Notes: generated by a model not told the origin, from the sequence alone. Shown: positions 39,950 to 50,079, counted from the stretch's first letter. The stretch: 64,000 nt of DNA from an uncultured Bacteroidales bacterium (GCA_963750735.1 CAVVRY010000019.1:144985-208984); one strand, 5' to 3'. Numbers and translations: made by a program.

Positions 39950-40624
39950 TTACAATTTTTCATCTACTATAATTGACATAGCTCCTTTATAAAAGAAGAA
40001 AGCGCTTATAGCCATTAAGCAATGACTGGTATCAAGATAATTAAACCAGGTATGTATGCTCCACTCATTCATGAAGATTAAGGCAGAAATAGCGGCGAAA
40101 AAAACGGCTATCAAAAAAAGCATACTTCCCCTGCTTTTGGTTTTATAATATATATAGGCACTAAAAGTGGCAACAAATAAAAGGAGTCCATAAGCAGAGT
40201 GGATTTCAACAAATAAAAAGTTAAGGGTTGAAAAGGTGAGTACCATAAAAGTCAGAAGTTCCACAATATTTAGTATTGCAAAGAACCTGGCAACTCGTGG
40301 CTTAATAAAATTTCTGGCATATTCTATTACTGCTCTTTCTATAAGGTTAATTGCCACCATACTGGTCCACCAACCTGGAAGCTTCCATCCAAATGAAAAT
40401 AGATAGAAGAAACCATGTCCAATAAGTCCACCTATGGCAGTAGCTGAGCCCATCATTAAGAAATAATACTTTAAATACTGATGTAGTGGTGTTTTCTTTG
40501 AGACTTTGTTTATTCTAAAAAATGCATAATAACAAACAGCTGTAACCAATAGGTCAGTTATAGTTGTTATCGGTTCATCAATTCTTAATCCTAAAATTTC
40601 TACGGAGGGTTGTGGTAGGACCAT
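39950..40624 (-). CDS. Hypothetical polytopic membrane protein (about 7 TM)
   Basis: 224-aa ORF, almost entirely hydrophobic helices. No family recognised. Confidence 0.55.
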   Translation of the reverse strand: MVLPQPSVEILGLRIDEPITTITDLLVTAVCYYAFFRINKVSKKTPLHQYLKYYFLMMGSATAIGGLIGHGFFYLFSFGWKLPGWWTSMVAINLIERAVIEYARNFIKPRVARFFAILNIVELLTFMVLTFSTLNFLFVEIHSAYGLLLFVATFSAYIYYKTKSRGSMLFLIAVFFAAISALIFMNEWSIHTWFNYLDTSHCLMAISAFFFYKGAMSIIVDEKL

Positions 40625-40769
40625 GAAGTGTTTTTGTACTATTTGTTAATGAATAAGGACTGCTTAATTAAAATTCAAATATATTTTTTTTTATTATTTT
40701 TAACTAATAAGATTAGTTCCACGCGGAATCTTTTAAATAAATATTACGAATTAATTCCAGGATGCTTTA

Positions 40770-41787
40770 ATGAAACGAATAAGCTTTATTCGAAATGGAA
40801 GTTTATTGTTAGCTTCTTTTTTTCTTCCCTCTTATTATAGGAGGCCGAAGTTAAAAATTTCTACAGTAAAAGGGTTCGTAGATGCAGGAAAAGTTGGAGT
40901 CTGTCTTGAACATGAGCATATTCTCGTTGATTTTATTGGTGCTGAGAAGTATGATCCAACCAGATGGGATAGGGCTCAGGTAGTTGAAAAAGTAATCCCT
41001 TACCTTATGGAATTGAAGAAAAATGGTTGTGCAACACTTATGGAATGTACACCTGAATATTTAGGAAGAGATGTGAATATTATTGCATGAATTGTCTGAG
41101 AAAACTGGATTGAATATTTTAACAAACACTGGCTATTATGGTGCAGGAAACAATAAGTACATTCCAGAAAAGGTCTTTAATATAAGTGCAAAACAGTTAG
41201 CTGAAATTTGGATAAAGGAATATGAAGAGGGGATACAGGGCACCTCCATTAAGCCCGGATTTATAAAGATTGGAGTGAATCCGGGGCCATTGAGTGATTT
41301 TCATGAGAAACTTGTTAGGTCAGCCGGTCTTACTCATTTAAGTACTGGATTAACAATAACTTCTCACACAGGCCCTGCAGTAACTGCATTTAGTGAAATT
41401 GATGTTTTAAAGAAAATAGGTGTTCATCCTTCCGCTTTTATTTGGATCCATGCCCAGAATGAAAATGAATGGGTGACATACGTTAAAGCAGCAAAAATGG
41501 GGGCGTGGATTAGTCTGGATGGTTTGAATGATGAAAATGTGAATGAATACATAGAACGCCTATTCTATATGAAAGACAATGGGCTTCTTGAAAAAACACT
41601 TGTTTCACATGATGCTGGTTGGTACGATCCTGGGAAGCCAGAAGGCGGCACTTTTAGGAACTTCAACACTTTATTTGAGAAATTAATTCCCCAATTAAAA
41701 AGTAAAGGATTTACTCAAGAAGAAATTAATCAAATAATGATTAGTAATCCTGTCAATGCTTTTTCTATTCGTGTTAGAAAGATCTGA
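40770..41787 (+). pseudogene. Phosphotriesterase-related (PTE/Php family, amidohydrolase superfamily) protein, interrupted by a +1 frame change
   Basis: ORF 40770..41090 carries a signal-like N-terminus and the H-x-H metal motif GVCLEHEHILVDF, and ends ..EYLGRDVNIIA*. ORF 41083..41787 continues (L)HELSEKTGLNILTNTGYYG... The frames differ by +1 and the span is 1018 nt = 339 codons + 1. The switch is near 41076-41082. Confidence 0.8.
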
Positions 41788-41803
41788 AAATAGCTACCCT
41801 CTT

Positions 41804-43163
41804 TTAAAAGGTGAGAATTTTTTCGACATTCCCGTTTCTAAGGAATCTTTTTACAATAGATTGAATATCTCGGTTATCCTTATAGGGTCTGATACAGTCG
41901 TGTATTACTTCTGTGCTAAATGAAGCTTCATCTCCATCAAAATAACCGAATCCTAAATATTTCCCATTTTCAATTTTTATAACTGATCTTTCATTCAATT
42001 CTCTGCCCTTGTCTATTATTAAGAAATTTTGATATTCGTATTCAAATACCTTTTTAGCAGAAGTTGCTCTTATATTATATGTTTCTGTTGATTCTTTCCC
42101 GACACAGGCTCCATGACAAATTCCTATTTGATGCTGGAAACATGCTCCTGAAGAGTCGTATAATCCAGCTAATTTCTGACATAAATTGTGATCACTAGAT
42201 ATCTGGGTCAGAAAGTCTTTGGCTTTTTCCAGTGGAAGAAAAACTGGCCATCGGTAATGTGTCTTTTACCTTGCCTATTCTGAAGCATAAGTAATCGTCA
42301 TCGTTGTAAAATGAAAAAATTCCAATGCAGGTAGTTTCTCTTCTTTGTGCGCGGTTATAGACTGGTTTGTTTTTTTTTATCTCATCCGACTCTAATAAAT
42401 ATGCTATAAGTTCACTCCCTGTAATTTCATAGCTTATTTCTGCAATTCGGTCCCGCATTTCAATTTTTTTTCTGGTAGACCTATTCGCAAAGTGATTTAA
42501 AACCCTATGTCTTATATTTTTACTTTTTCCAACATAAAGAAGTTCCTGATTCTCATCATAGAAATAATATACACCCGTGTCTTCCGGTAGATTTTTTACT
42601 TGCTGGCCGTCAAGATTGGGATGAAGGTCTGATAAAGCAGGGTTTACAAAGAGCTTATTATCCAATCCATGATCCAGCCCAAGAAGTATTTCAAATAATT
42701 TTACGGTAGCTAAGGCATCTCCAGCAGCTCTGTGTCTGTTGTTAATTTTAATATCTACTTCTTTACATAGCTTACCGAGGCTATAAGATCTAAGTCCTGG
42801 AATAAGTCTCCGGCTTAATTTGACTGTATCCAATACATCACGCTTATAAATATAACCCAGTCGCTTGAATTCTTCCCTGATGAAGTTGTAATCGAAATTA
42901 GCATTATGGGCAACAAATATTTGATCCTGAGTGATTTCTACAATTTTTTTAGCTACTTCGTAAAACCTTGGTGCATCCTCAACCATTTCATTACTAATAC
43001 CTGTTAACCCAGTAATAAAATAAGGAATAGACTTTTCAGGGTTAATCAGGGTAGAGTACTCATTAATAATTTTTACCCCATCATGGATGTATATTGCGAT
43101 TTCGGTAATTTTATCACTTTGTGGTCTTCCACCAGTTGTTTCTATGTCGATTATCGCATACAA
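41804..43163 (-). pseudogene. DnaQ-like 3'-5' exonuclease fused to a GIY-YIG nuclease domain, interrupted by a +1 frame change
   Basis: The N-terminal ORF (42195..43163) has exonuclease motifs IIDIETTGG and FVAHNANFDYNF, plus GIY-YIG (GVYYFYDENQELLYVGKSKNIRHRV). My translation of the +1 frame from about 42240 gives EKAKDFLTQISSDHNLCQKLAGLYDSSGACFQHQIGICHGACVGKE..., running into ORF 41804..41998. The span is 1360 nt = 453 codons + 1. Confidence 0.8.
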
Positions 43164-43259
43164 TTCAGAGATTTTTGGAATAGCAAAGATAATTTTTCAA
43201 TTTTATTAATTTTGACAAAGAATTGGCAAATCAAACTGCACTGACCAGAAAATTTTGCT

Positions 43260-44042
43260 ATGAGTGAATGTTTTAGAAAAGTATTTATACTCAACAACGA
43301 GGTATTGAATTGCGTTGAATTTAGTTCCGGGCTTATTTACTTCGGGGAATCAGTTTACGAAGTAATTAGAATATCAGGTGGAGTACCAATTTTTATAGAT
43401 GATCATCTTGGTCGATTATTCCAAACTGCTGAATTGCGGAAAAGAAAGTTATGGCTTGATAAAAAGGAAATAGAATCCAAAATTAACCAGGTCATTGAAT
43501 TGAATAATGAAGAACAGGGCAATATTAAACTGGTTTTTAATTATCCAGCGCCTGGCTTAAACACAGGTAATTTCCTCGTATATTTTATTGAACACCATTA
43601 TCCAACTAACGAACAGGAAGATACTGGGGTATCAACAATATTGTACTTTGCTGAAAGAGAATTTCCAGCTGCTAAAATTATTAATCAAGCCTTACGCTCG
43701 GTAATTTTTAAGAAATTAATCGATACGCATGCTTACGAGGCATTACTGGTTAATAATGATGGATATATAACTGAAGGGAGTAGGTCAAATGTGTTTTTTA
43801 CTAAAAAGGATATAATTTATACTGCTTCTAACGGCGAAGTTTTATCTGGGATTGCACGAAAATATATTTTAGAGATTTGTGAGAATATCGGAGTGAAAGT
43901 AAATTTTGAGAAAGTCCATTCAGAAAGGATATCCGATTACAATGGTGTGTTTCTTTCAGGTACATCGCCTGGAGTATTGCCAGTTTCCTGTATTAATGAT
44001 GTAAAATTTGATCCGCATTGTAATACCATACTTGAAAATTAG
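43260..44042 (+). CDS. Class IV aminotransferase-fold protein (aminodeoxychorismate lyase / branched-chain aminotransferase-like)
   Basis: 260 aa. Motifs VYEVIR, EGSRSNVFF and GIARKYILE are typical of fold-type IV PLP enzymes. Confidence 0.75.
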   Translation: MSECFRKVFILNNEVLNCVEFSSGLIYFGESVYEVIRISGGVPIFIDDHLGRLFQTAELRKRKLWLDKKEIESKINQVIELNNEEQGNIKLVFNYPAPGLNTGNFLVYFIEHHYPTNEQEDTGVSTILYFAEREFPAAKIINQALRSVIFKKLIDTHAYEALLVNNDGYITEGSRSNVFFTKKDIIYTASNGEVLSGIARKYILEICENIGVKVNFEKVHSERISDYNGVFLSGTSPGVLPVSCINDVKFDPHCNTILEN

Positions 44043-44046
44043 AGAT

Positions 44047-44057
44047 AGCTTTCGAAA
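44047..44057. promoter_or_regulatory. Copy 1 of the repeated AGCTTTCGAAA element (8-bp palindrome core TTTCGAAA)
   Basis: agctttcgaaa at 44047-44057, 5 nt after the upstream stop. The same 11-mer recurs at 44117-44127. Confidence 0.3.
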
Positions 44058-44108
44058 AGTGTCTGGCAGGTAAAAATCGCCTCAAAAAGATTAACCCCAA
44101 AACTTTTC

Positions 44109-44116
44109 TATATTTG
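44109..44116 (+). promoter_or_regulatory. Bacteroidota-type -7 box TATATTTG upstream of the ASST-like gene
   Basis: Exact TAnnTTTG match 41 nt upstream of the ATG at 44157. Confidence 0.4.
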
Positions 44117-44128
44117 AGCTTTCGAAAG
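44117..44128. promoter_or_regulatory. Copy 2 of the AGCTTTCGAAA element (perfect 10-bp palindrome CTTTCGAAAG at 44119-44128), candidate operator
   Basis: It directly abuts the -7 box, so it would cover the transcription start region. Confidence 0.3.
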
Positions 44129-44156
44129 AGTTCTTTTTTGGTAAGAAATTTCAAAC

Positions 44157-46209
44157 ATGAAAAAGTTATTGAATAAGTTTTATATCCTTTTTGTTTTTAG
44201 CTATATACTTGCTCTAGGATCTGGTTATTCCCAGGATTCCAATATTGGAAATTACTTTCCTGAAATTAATATTTTACATTCTAATGGACCTGCTCCTGGT
44301 TATTTTTTTCTGGCCTCCAAAGGTCTTACTGCGGAAGGTGCAAAGCATTACTTATGCCATAGTTGACAATAATGGCGTGCCTGTTTTTTTTAGATTAATG
44401 CCAAAACCATCTGGGTCATTTAGAGTATTTTCTGACGGACGGTTAGCATATATGCATGGGGTTCCCAGGAAGCTTTATTTCATGGATGAATTGCTGGAGG
44501 TTACAGATACCTTTTCCACTGTTGGCTATCAGATTGATGGTCATGACTATGCTGTTGATAATAGTGGGAATGTTGTATTAATGGCAAAAGTAAACCGACC
44601 TGTGGATATGAGTGCAATTGTTGAAGGAGGCGACCCAAATGCTACGGTTATAGATTTAATTGTTCAAGAATTTGATAGGGACAAAAACCTTTTGTTTACC
44701 TGGAATAGTGCTGATCATTTCAAAATTATGGATGCAAATGAAAATTCTCCGTTTGTTGATTTTACTGAACAGGAAATAGATTATGTACATCCAAACAGTA
44801 TTGCAATTGATTCTGATACAAGTATACTGGTTTCCTGCAGACACATGGATGAAATTACTAAAATTCATCGCAGAACTGGCGAAATTATTTGGCGACTTGG
44901 TGGAAAAAACAATGATTTTACCTTTCTGAATGATACTATTGGGTTTTCACATCAACATAGTATTAGTAGATTGGAAAATGGTAATATTCTTCTATTTGAC
45001 AATGGTAACCTCCATGATTCTTTGTTTTCAAGTGCAGTGGAATATACCCTGGATGAAGTTAACTATACTGCTACGCTTGTTAACAGGTTTCGTAGAGATC
45101 CGGATACATATTCAAATCATGGTGCCAATACTCAACGAATATTTAATGGAAATACTATTATAGGATGGGGGCCTTATTGGCCTTCTGCCACTGAGTTTCA
45201 TCCCGATGGTTCGGTAGCCATTGAGCTTGATTTTACAGAGCATAGTTTTAGCCCGAGGATTGAGAAATTTCAATGGAAAACTAATGTGTTTGAAACATCA
45301 TTGGATACAATTGACTTTGGCATGTGGGATGGAGGTAACTTGATTGAGAAGATTCTAACTGTAAATAATAACCTGGATTCTACAATTTATATAACCAGTG
45401 ATACCTCCTATAGTGGTTGTTTCAATGTTATAACGCCCATTCCCATTGAAATACCTGCTAATGGTGAGACAGAACTTACTATTCGTTTTGATCCATCTAA
45501 TTCAACTTTTGGATATATTGAAGATGTAATTACCTTAATTTCTGATAGTGAAACACAGCGAGTAGCAAGGCAGATCACCGTAAAAGGGGTGAAAGAAGAT
45601 TTTATTGCCCCAACAGTGTTAATTACACCAGATTCATCCAATGTGCCTTTAGATGCAATCGTTCATTTTAACTTCAGCAAACCTGTTCGGAATAAGGATG
45701 GAACGGAATTGAATTATGAATCCGTTGATGATTTATTGATCGTAAAAAAGGATAATGAATCAGGTGAGGATATAGATTTTAATGCAAATATCAATAGTAC
45801 AAAAGACCATATTGAAGTGAAATTTAGTAACGCTCTTGATCCTGGTCAAGAATATTATGTTTCATTCAAGGATGAATTTGAGGATTATTCTGGAAACAAA
45901 TTGGTGGTTACAAATGTTTCTTTTACCACTTGGTCGCCATTGCCTGTGAAGGAAATCTCAGACGAAATTCCTGTAAATATTTTCCCCAATCCAACATCTG
46001 GTTTTTTTATTCTTGAGGTAGATTATGAGGGTTTGAAAAACCTTGAAATATACTCTGCTACTGGAAAATTAATATTGACAAAAATTAATATTTGGGATAA
46101 GAGGATATTTGTTAATATGATAGACCAGAGAGCTGGACTTTATTTAGTAGTTTTAAGATCTGAAGATAACAGAATCCTTTCTTCACAAAAGTTATTTGTT
46201 AGCCATTAG
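44157..46209 (+). pseudogene. Arylsulfotransferase (ASST)-like beta-propeller protein with a T9SS C-terminal sorting domain, interrupted by a +1 frame change
   Basis: The 69-aa ORF 44157..44366 supplies the signal peptide (MKKLLNKFYILFVFSYILALGSGYS) and ..GPAPGYFFLAS.. ORF 44245..46209 supplies ..YAIVDNNGVPVFF.., FSHQHSISRLENGNILLFDNGN and the CTD IFPNPTSGFFILEV...LYLVVL. The span is 2053 nt = 684 codons + 1. The switch lies somewhere in 44300-44363. Confidence 0.75.
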
Positions 46210-46236
46210 TAAATTTAGTATCAAAGTATATAAACC

Positions 46237-46524
46237 ATGTCAAGTATAAAAAGTCTTAAAAAAGAGGTTGAAGGTATTACTTATGAAGTTGTATCAGATT
46301 GTTTTACGTTCATGTTGGTTAATGAGAAAAAGGAGAAAGAAAAGATACAGAAGTATATTGAAGAGGCAATTAGCCTAAGGAATGATCTTATTTTGCGCAT
46401 TAATAATTATGCAAAAGAGAAAGAAACAGGAAATCGAAAACAGTATTTTAATAAGATCAAAGAGGATCTTTATTCTGGTATGGACAAGACGCTTAAAAAC
46501 TTAAGCAATTTATCCCAAAAGTAA
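46237..46524 (+). CDS. Hypothetical small helical protein
   Basis: 95-aa ORF, lysine/glutamate rich. No family recognised. Confidence 0.5.
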   Translation: MSSIKSLKKEVEGITYEVVSDCFTFMLVNEKKEKEKIQKYIEEAISLRNDLILRINNYAKEKETGNRKQYFNKIKEDLYSGMDKTLKNLSNLSQK

Positions 46525-46561
46525 AATTCATTTATATTGCGTCTTGCTCAAAATCTGACTT

Positions 46562-46831
46562 ATGATCAAAAGTGTTCGGATCAAAGTGGTTGGGAAGGTT
46601 CAGCATGTAGGATTTAGATATTATACCACTCTTGAAGCCCGAAAGTTAAGGATAAAGGGCTTTGTGAAAAATGAATACGATGGTTCTGTACTGATTGAGG
46701 CAGAAGGTGAAGAGAGCAATGTTGATTTATTCAATATTGCAATTGAAAAAGGACCTGGATGGGCACGAGTAGATTCCATTCAGATTCAAAATATTCCGAA
46801 TCAGGAATACGAAAAATTCTCAGTGAAATAA
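46562..46831 (+). CDS. acyP: Acylphosphatase
   Basis: 89 aa: VRIKVVGKVQHVGFRYYT...GFVKNEYDGSVLIEAEGEE, the canonical acylphosphatase signature. Confidence 0.85.
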   Translation: MIKSVRIKVVGKVQHVGFRYYTTLEARKLRIKGFVKNEYDGSVLIEAEGEESNVDLFNIAIEKGPGWARVDSIQIQNIPNQEYEKFSVK

Positions 46832-46840
46832 ATTCCTGAC

Positions 46841-47869
46841 TCAAATATATTTTAGGATTTTATTTTTGCAGTGAATGCATTCTCCAGATCGATTCAATCC
46901 CGCAATATCAGTTGAATAGCCACTTCTTTCAATAACAATTTTGTCACATGAAGGGCAAATAGTATTTCTTCCTGCCGAATACGGACCAATATTTCCAATA
47001 TATACGTAATTAAGATATTCTCTGGCGATTTCTAAAAATCTTTCCAATTTATCGACCTCGGTGGGAGGTAGAGATTTATTAAAGTGAGGAAAATATCTTG
47101 ATATATGCAGTACTGTATTTCCCCCTGTTTCTCCGGCAATCCATTCGACCATATTCCTGAAAATATCGGGGTCGTCATTTAAGGTAGGGATTACAAGATT
47201 CGTTATTTCTAGATGTTTACCTCCCTTACTAATATTTAAAATTGTTTCTTTTACGTTCTTCAATGAAGAAAATGTCTGACTTTTATAAAACTCTTCGGTA
47301 AATCCCTTTAAATCGATGTTAAATGCATCCATTAGGCTGATAACATCTTTTCTTGGGGCTGGATTTATAAATCCATTTGAAATCATCACATTTTTTAATC
47401 CGAAAGTCTTAGCTGTTTCGGCAGCATCAAGAATATATTCAAACCATATTGTTGGCTCATTATACGTATATGCAATTCCAATATTGTCCCTTGTTAATTG
47501 AGCCTCATTTACAAGATCTTTAGGTGATTGAAATTTAAGAAATTCAGCCTCTTCAACACTAGTTTGTGAAATTTCACAATTTTGACAGAATTGGCATTTT
47601 AAATTACATCCGACAGTTCCAGCCGAAAGTATTTTTTGTCCGGGATAAAAGTGATACAATGGTTTCTTCTCAATAGGATCCAGGTGTTTTGCAGATAATA
47701 AACCATAGTTTTCTGCATACAAAGTTCCTTCAGAATTTTTTCTTACTCTGCAGATTCCCTCTTTTCCATCCCGAATCCTGCAATAATGGGGACAAAGCTG
47801 GCATTGAACAGTTAACTCCTTTTCTTTTATATAATATTTGGCCTCTTTTTTTAAATGATTCGTTAACAT
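46841..47869 (-). CDS. AmmeMemoRadiSam-system-type radical SAM enzyme
   Basis: 342 aa. N-terminal Cys motif VQCQLCPHYCRIRDGKEGICRVRKN, radical-SAM CX3CX2C (CNLKCQFCQNC), and a C-terminal Cys pair (CPSC..CIHC). Confidence 0.75.
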   Translation of the reverse strand: MLTNHLKKEAKYYIKEKELTVQCQLCPHYCRIRDGKEGICRVRKNSEGTLYAENYGLLSAKHLDPIEKKPLYHFYPGQKILSAGTVGCNLKCQFCQNCEISQTSVEEAEFLKFQSPKDLVNEAQLTRDNIGIAYTYNEPTIWFEYILDAAETAKTFGLKNVMISNGFINPAPRKDVISLMDAFNIDLKGFTEEFYKSQTFSSLKNVKETILNISKGGKHLEITNLVIPTLNDDPDIFRNMVEWIAGETGGNTVLHISRYFPHFNKSLPPTEVDKLERFLEIAREYLNYVYIGNIGPYSAGRNTICPSCDKIVIERSGYSTDIAGLNRSGECIHCKNKILKYI

Positions 47870-47879
47870 TTCAGCAAAT

Positions 47880-49802
47880 TTATTCGAAACGTAGCCTTAC
47901 TTTTTCTATACTTTCAACCGATCCAACAATTGTTAGAATATCACCCAGCCGCAAACGGGTGTATCCAGTTGAAATAATATTGTGACCCCTCCTCCTTGTT
48001 GCTATAATCAATACATCTGCTGGGAGATGCAGGTTTCTGAGTGCCATCCCATGAAGATCATGATTACCGATAATAATATCGGCTGTATCTTGATCTCCTT
48101 CCAAGCCAAGTAGTAATGATGTAGCAACAGGTGATCTTACAAAATGATCCATAAGACTAACAATGGCCGTGGAAGGTTCAACTATTAAAGCACCTAAATC
48201 ATGGAACTTCTTGAAATTCTCCCGATTATTTAATCGAACAACAATTTCCGGAGTGCCAAAATGTTCATAGGCTAATTCGCAGATTTTATAGTTTTCTTCA
48301 TCCGTTTTTAATGTGATAATAGCATCTGTTTCAGCAAGATTTAATTCCGTAAGTGAGGTGAGACTAATTGTATCCATATGAATTATCTCCACATTTTTTA
48401 TATCCAACTTGGGAATATCTAGTCTGCTTGTAGTAATAACCACATCTAACCCATGGTTTGAGAGCTGCCTGGCCAGAGCAACAGCCTGATGCTCATAACC
48501 AAAGATTATAGCCTTCTGGGGGCCTTTATGAGCAAGATGTTCACCCTTGCTGTGATCTTCTTTCACCAATTGAATTGCCCACTTCATTAATGGTGGCCCA
48601 ATAAACTGATTGAGAACAATTACAGCAATTATTACCGAGGCAAAATCAGGTCCCCAGCCAGGATATTCATTTGCAATAATTGTAACTAAACCAAGGCTTA
48701 TACCTGCTTGAGTAACAAATGGCATCCAGGCTATTCGATTATATTCTTTGGGGTCACCAGCCAGATTTCCTCCAACCCAACCCCCAACAATTAATGAAAT
48801 GATTCGGATAAAAAATAGGATTATCGCAAGCTCCCATGTTTGAATAACAACCTCAAGTGAAATTGTAGCACCCACTAAAGTAAAAAAGGCTACGTAAACA
48901 ATCGGAACAATATCGGTTATTATCTTTTGAAATTCTCGTCTGAATGGAGAATAGTTAGTGAGCAAAACACCAGTAATAATGCAAACTAATAATGGTTCAA
49001 CATAAAAATCAAATTCGAAATAATTCTCTGCAATGTGACTTAAAAATTCAGAAACAAAATATATACTCCACCCTCCGGCCAATACCAGAATTGATTTTAT
49101 AGAGGTGTTCAATCGAAGAGAAAGTATCCATTTCAGGATATAATAAAGTAAAAAACCAATTCCTGCTGAAACAACTAATTCTAATAATATTATCATTATC
49201 ATCCAACCCTTGAAATCCTGGCCAGTTAGTAATGTTCCAGAAATTGAAAAAGTTACTGCAAATAGAATAATAACCAGAAAATCCTTCAGGACTGTAACTC
49301 CCAGAACCATTGTAGTAAACGGACCTTTTGCTCGGAGTTCGTTTATTATTGCTATCGCTGAAACTGGCGAGCGGGCAACAAAAATGGTACCTGCCAATAT
49401 GGAAATAGCAATTCGCTCAACCAAACTCAAGGTGTAGCTGAAAAGTGGGTATCTTGTAGCTATGAAGACGCCCAGACTGCCGAGAATGAAAGTAATAACC
49501 AATTGTCCAAAGCTCATCCATTGAATGCTCTTTATTCTGCTTCGAAGTTCTGTAAGGTATAATTCAGAGCCTGCCGCAAAAGCAATAAATGCAAGTGCGA
49601 TATGATTTACAAAGTTTAATTTAATTATGGATTCGGATGGTAACATGTTCAGGAATTCTGGGCCAATAAGGATGCCCATAAGAAGAAGACCTGTGATTAT
49701 AGGGAGTTTAATTTTCGTAATGAAACCTCCAATTCTATTTGAAGCCACCAGGAGGATTATGAAGCCAACAATTATTATTATTATGTCAAGAACAGGCTGC
49801 AT
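47880..49802 (-). CDS. Monovalent cation:proton antiporter (Kef/CPA2-like) with C-terminal RCK/TrkA domains
   Basis: 640 aa. About 400 aa of TM helices are followed by two soluble RCK-like domains. It ends 10 nt upstream of the radical SAM gene. Confidence 0.8.
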   Translation of the reverse strand: MQPVLDIIIIIVGFIILLVASNRIGGFITKIKLPIITGLLLMGILIGPEFLNMLPSESIIKLNFVNHIALAFIAFAAGSELYLTELRSRIKSIQWMSFGQLVITFILGSLGVFIATRYPLFSYTLSLVERIAISILAGTIFVARSPVSAIAIINELRAKGPFTTMVLGVTVLKDFLVIILFAVTFSISGTLLTGQDFKGWMIMIILLELVVSAGIGFLLYYILKWILSLRLNTSIKSILVLAGGWSIYFVSEFLSHIAENYFEFDFYVEPLLVCIITGVLLTNYSPFRREFQKIITDIVPIVYVAFFTLVGATISLEVVIQTWELAIILFFIRIISLIVGGWVGGNLAGDPKEYNRIAWMPFVTQAGISLGLVTIIANEYPGWGPDFASVIIAVIVLNQFIGPPLMKWAIQLVKEDHSKGEHLAHKGPQKAIIFGYEHQAVALARQLSNHGLDVVITTSRLDIPKLDIKNVEIIHMDTISLTSLTELNLAETDAIITLKTDEENYKICELAYEHFGTPEIVVRLNNRENFKKFHDLGALIVEPSTAIVSLMDHFVRSPVATSLLLGLEGDQDTADIIIGNHDLHGMALRNLHLPADVLIIATRRRGHNIISTGYTRLRLGDILTIVGSVESIEKVRLRFE

Positions 49803-50034
49803 GTATATTAATTTCTTTATTAGAACTGCTGCACATTTATATGCAATCGCCTCTCAAATTAACTATCGAATATAAAACAGATAATGTTGATAAATTTCTT
49901 TTCATGGGTAAAATAATCAAAAAAAACTTATCAAACTTCCTAAAATCTCAAAAAAACGGCCTGATTAGTACATAAATAGGATCTGAATTATTTGATTTAT
50001 TAGAAATTTACTAATTTAGACACTTGATTATACC

Positions 50035-50079
50035 AACCCGCTGTACATGCTTCTATTCCGTATAAGCAGAAAGCGGGTT
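50035..50079 (+). other. Composite stem-loop in the long intergenic region upstream of the first DUF1080 gene
   Basis: Outer stem aacccgct (50035-50042) / agcgggtt (50072-50079) and inner stem tgctt (50048-50052) / aagca (50064-50068), followed by tatttag. Confidence 0.35.

Noticed and set aside
40628-40840. 70-aa ORF overlapping the start of the phosphotriesterase-like gene
   Set aside because: It is AT-rich and low-complexity (repeated F/L/I/K/N) and lies in the promoter/leader of the PTE-like gene in a different frame. It is most likely spurious.
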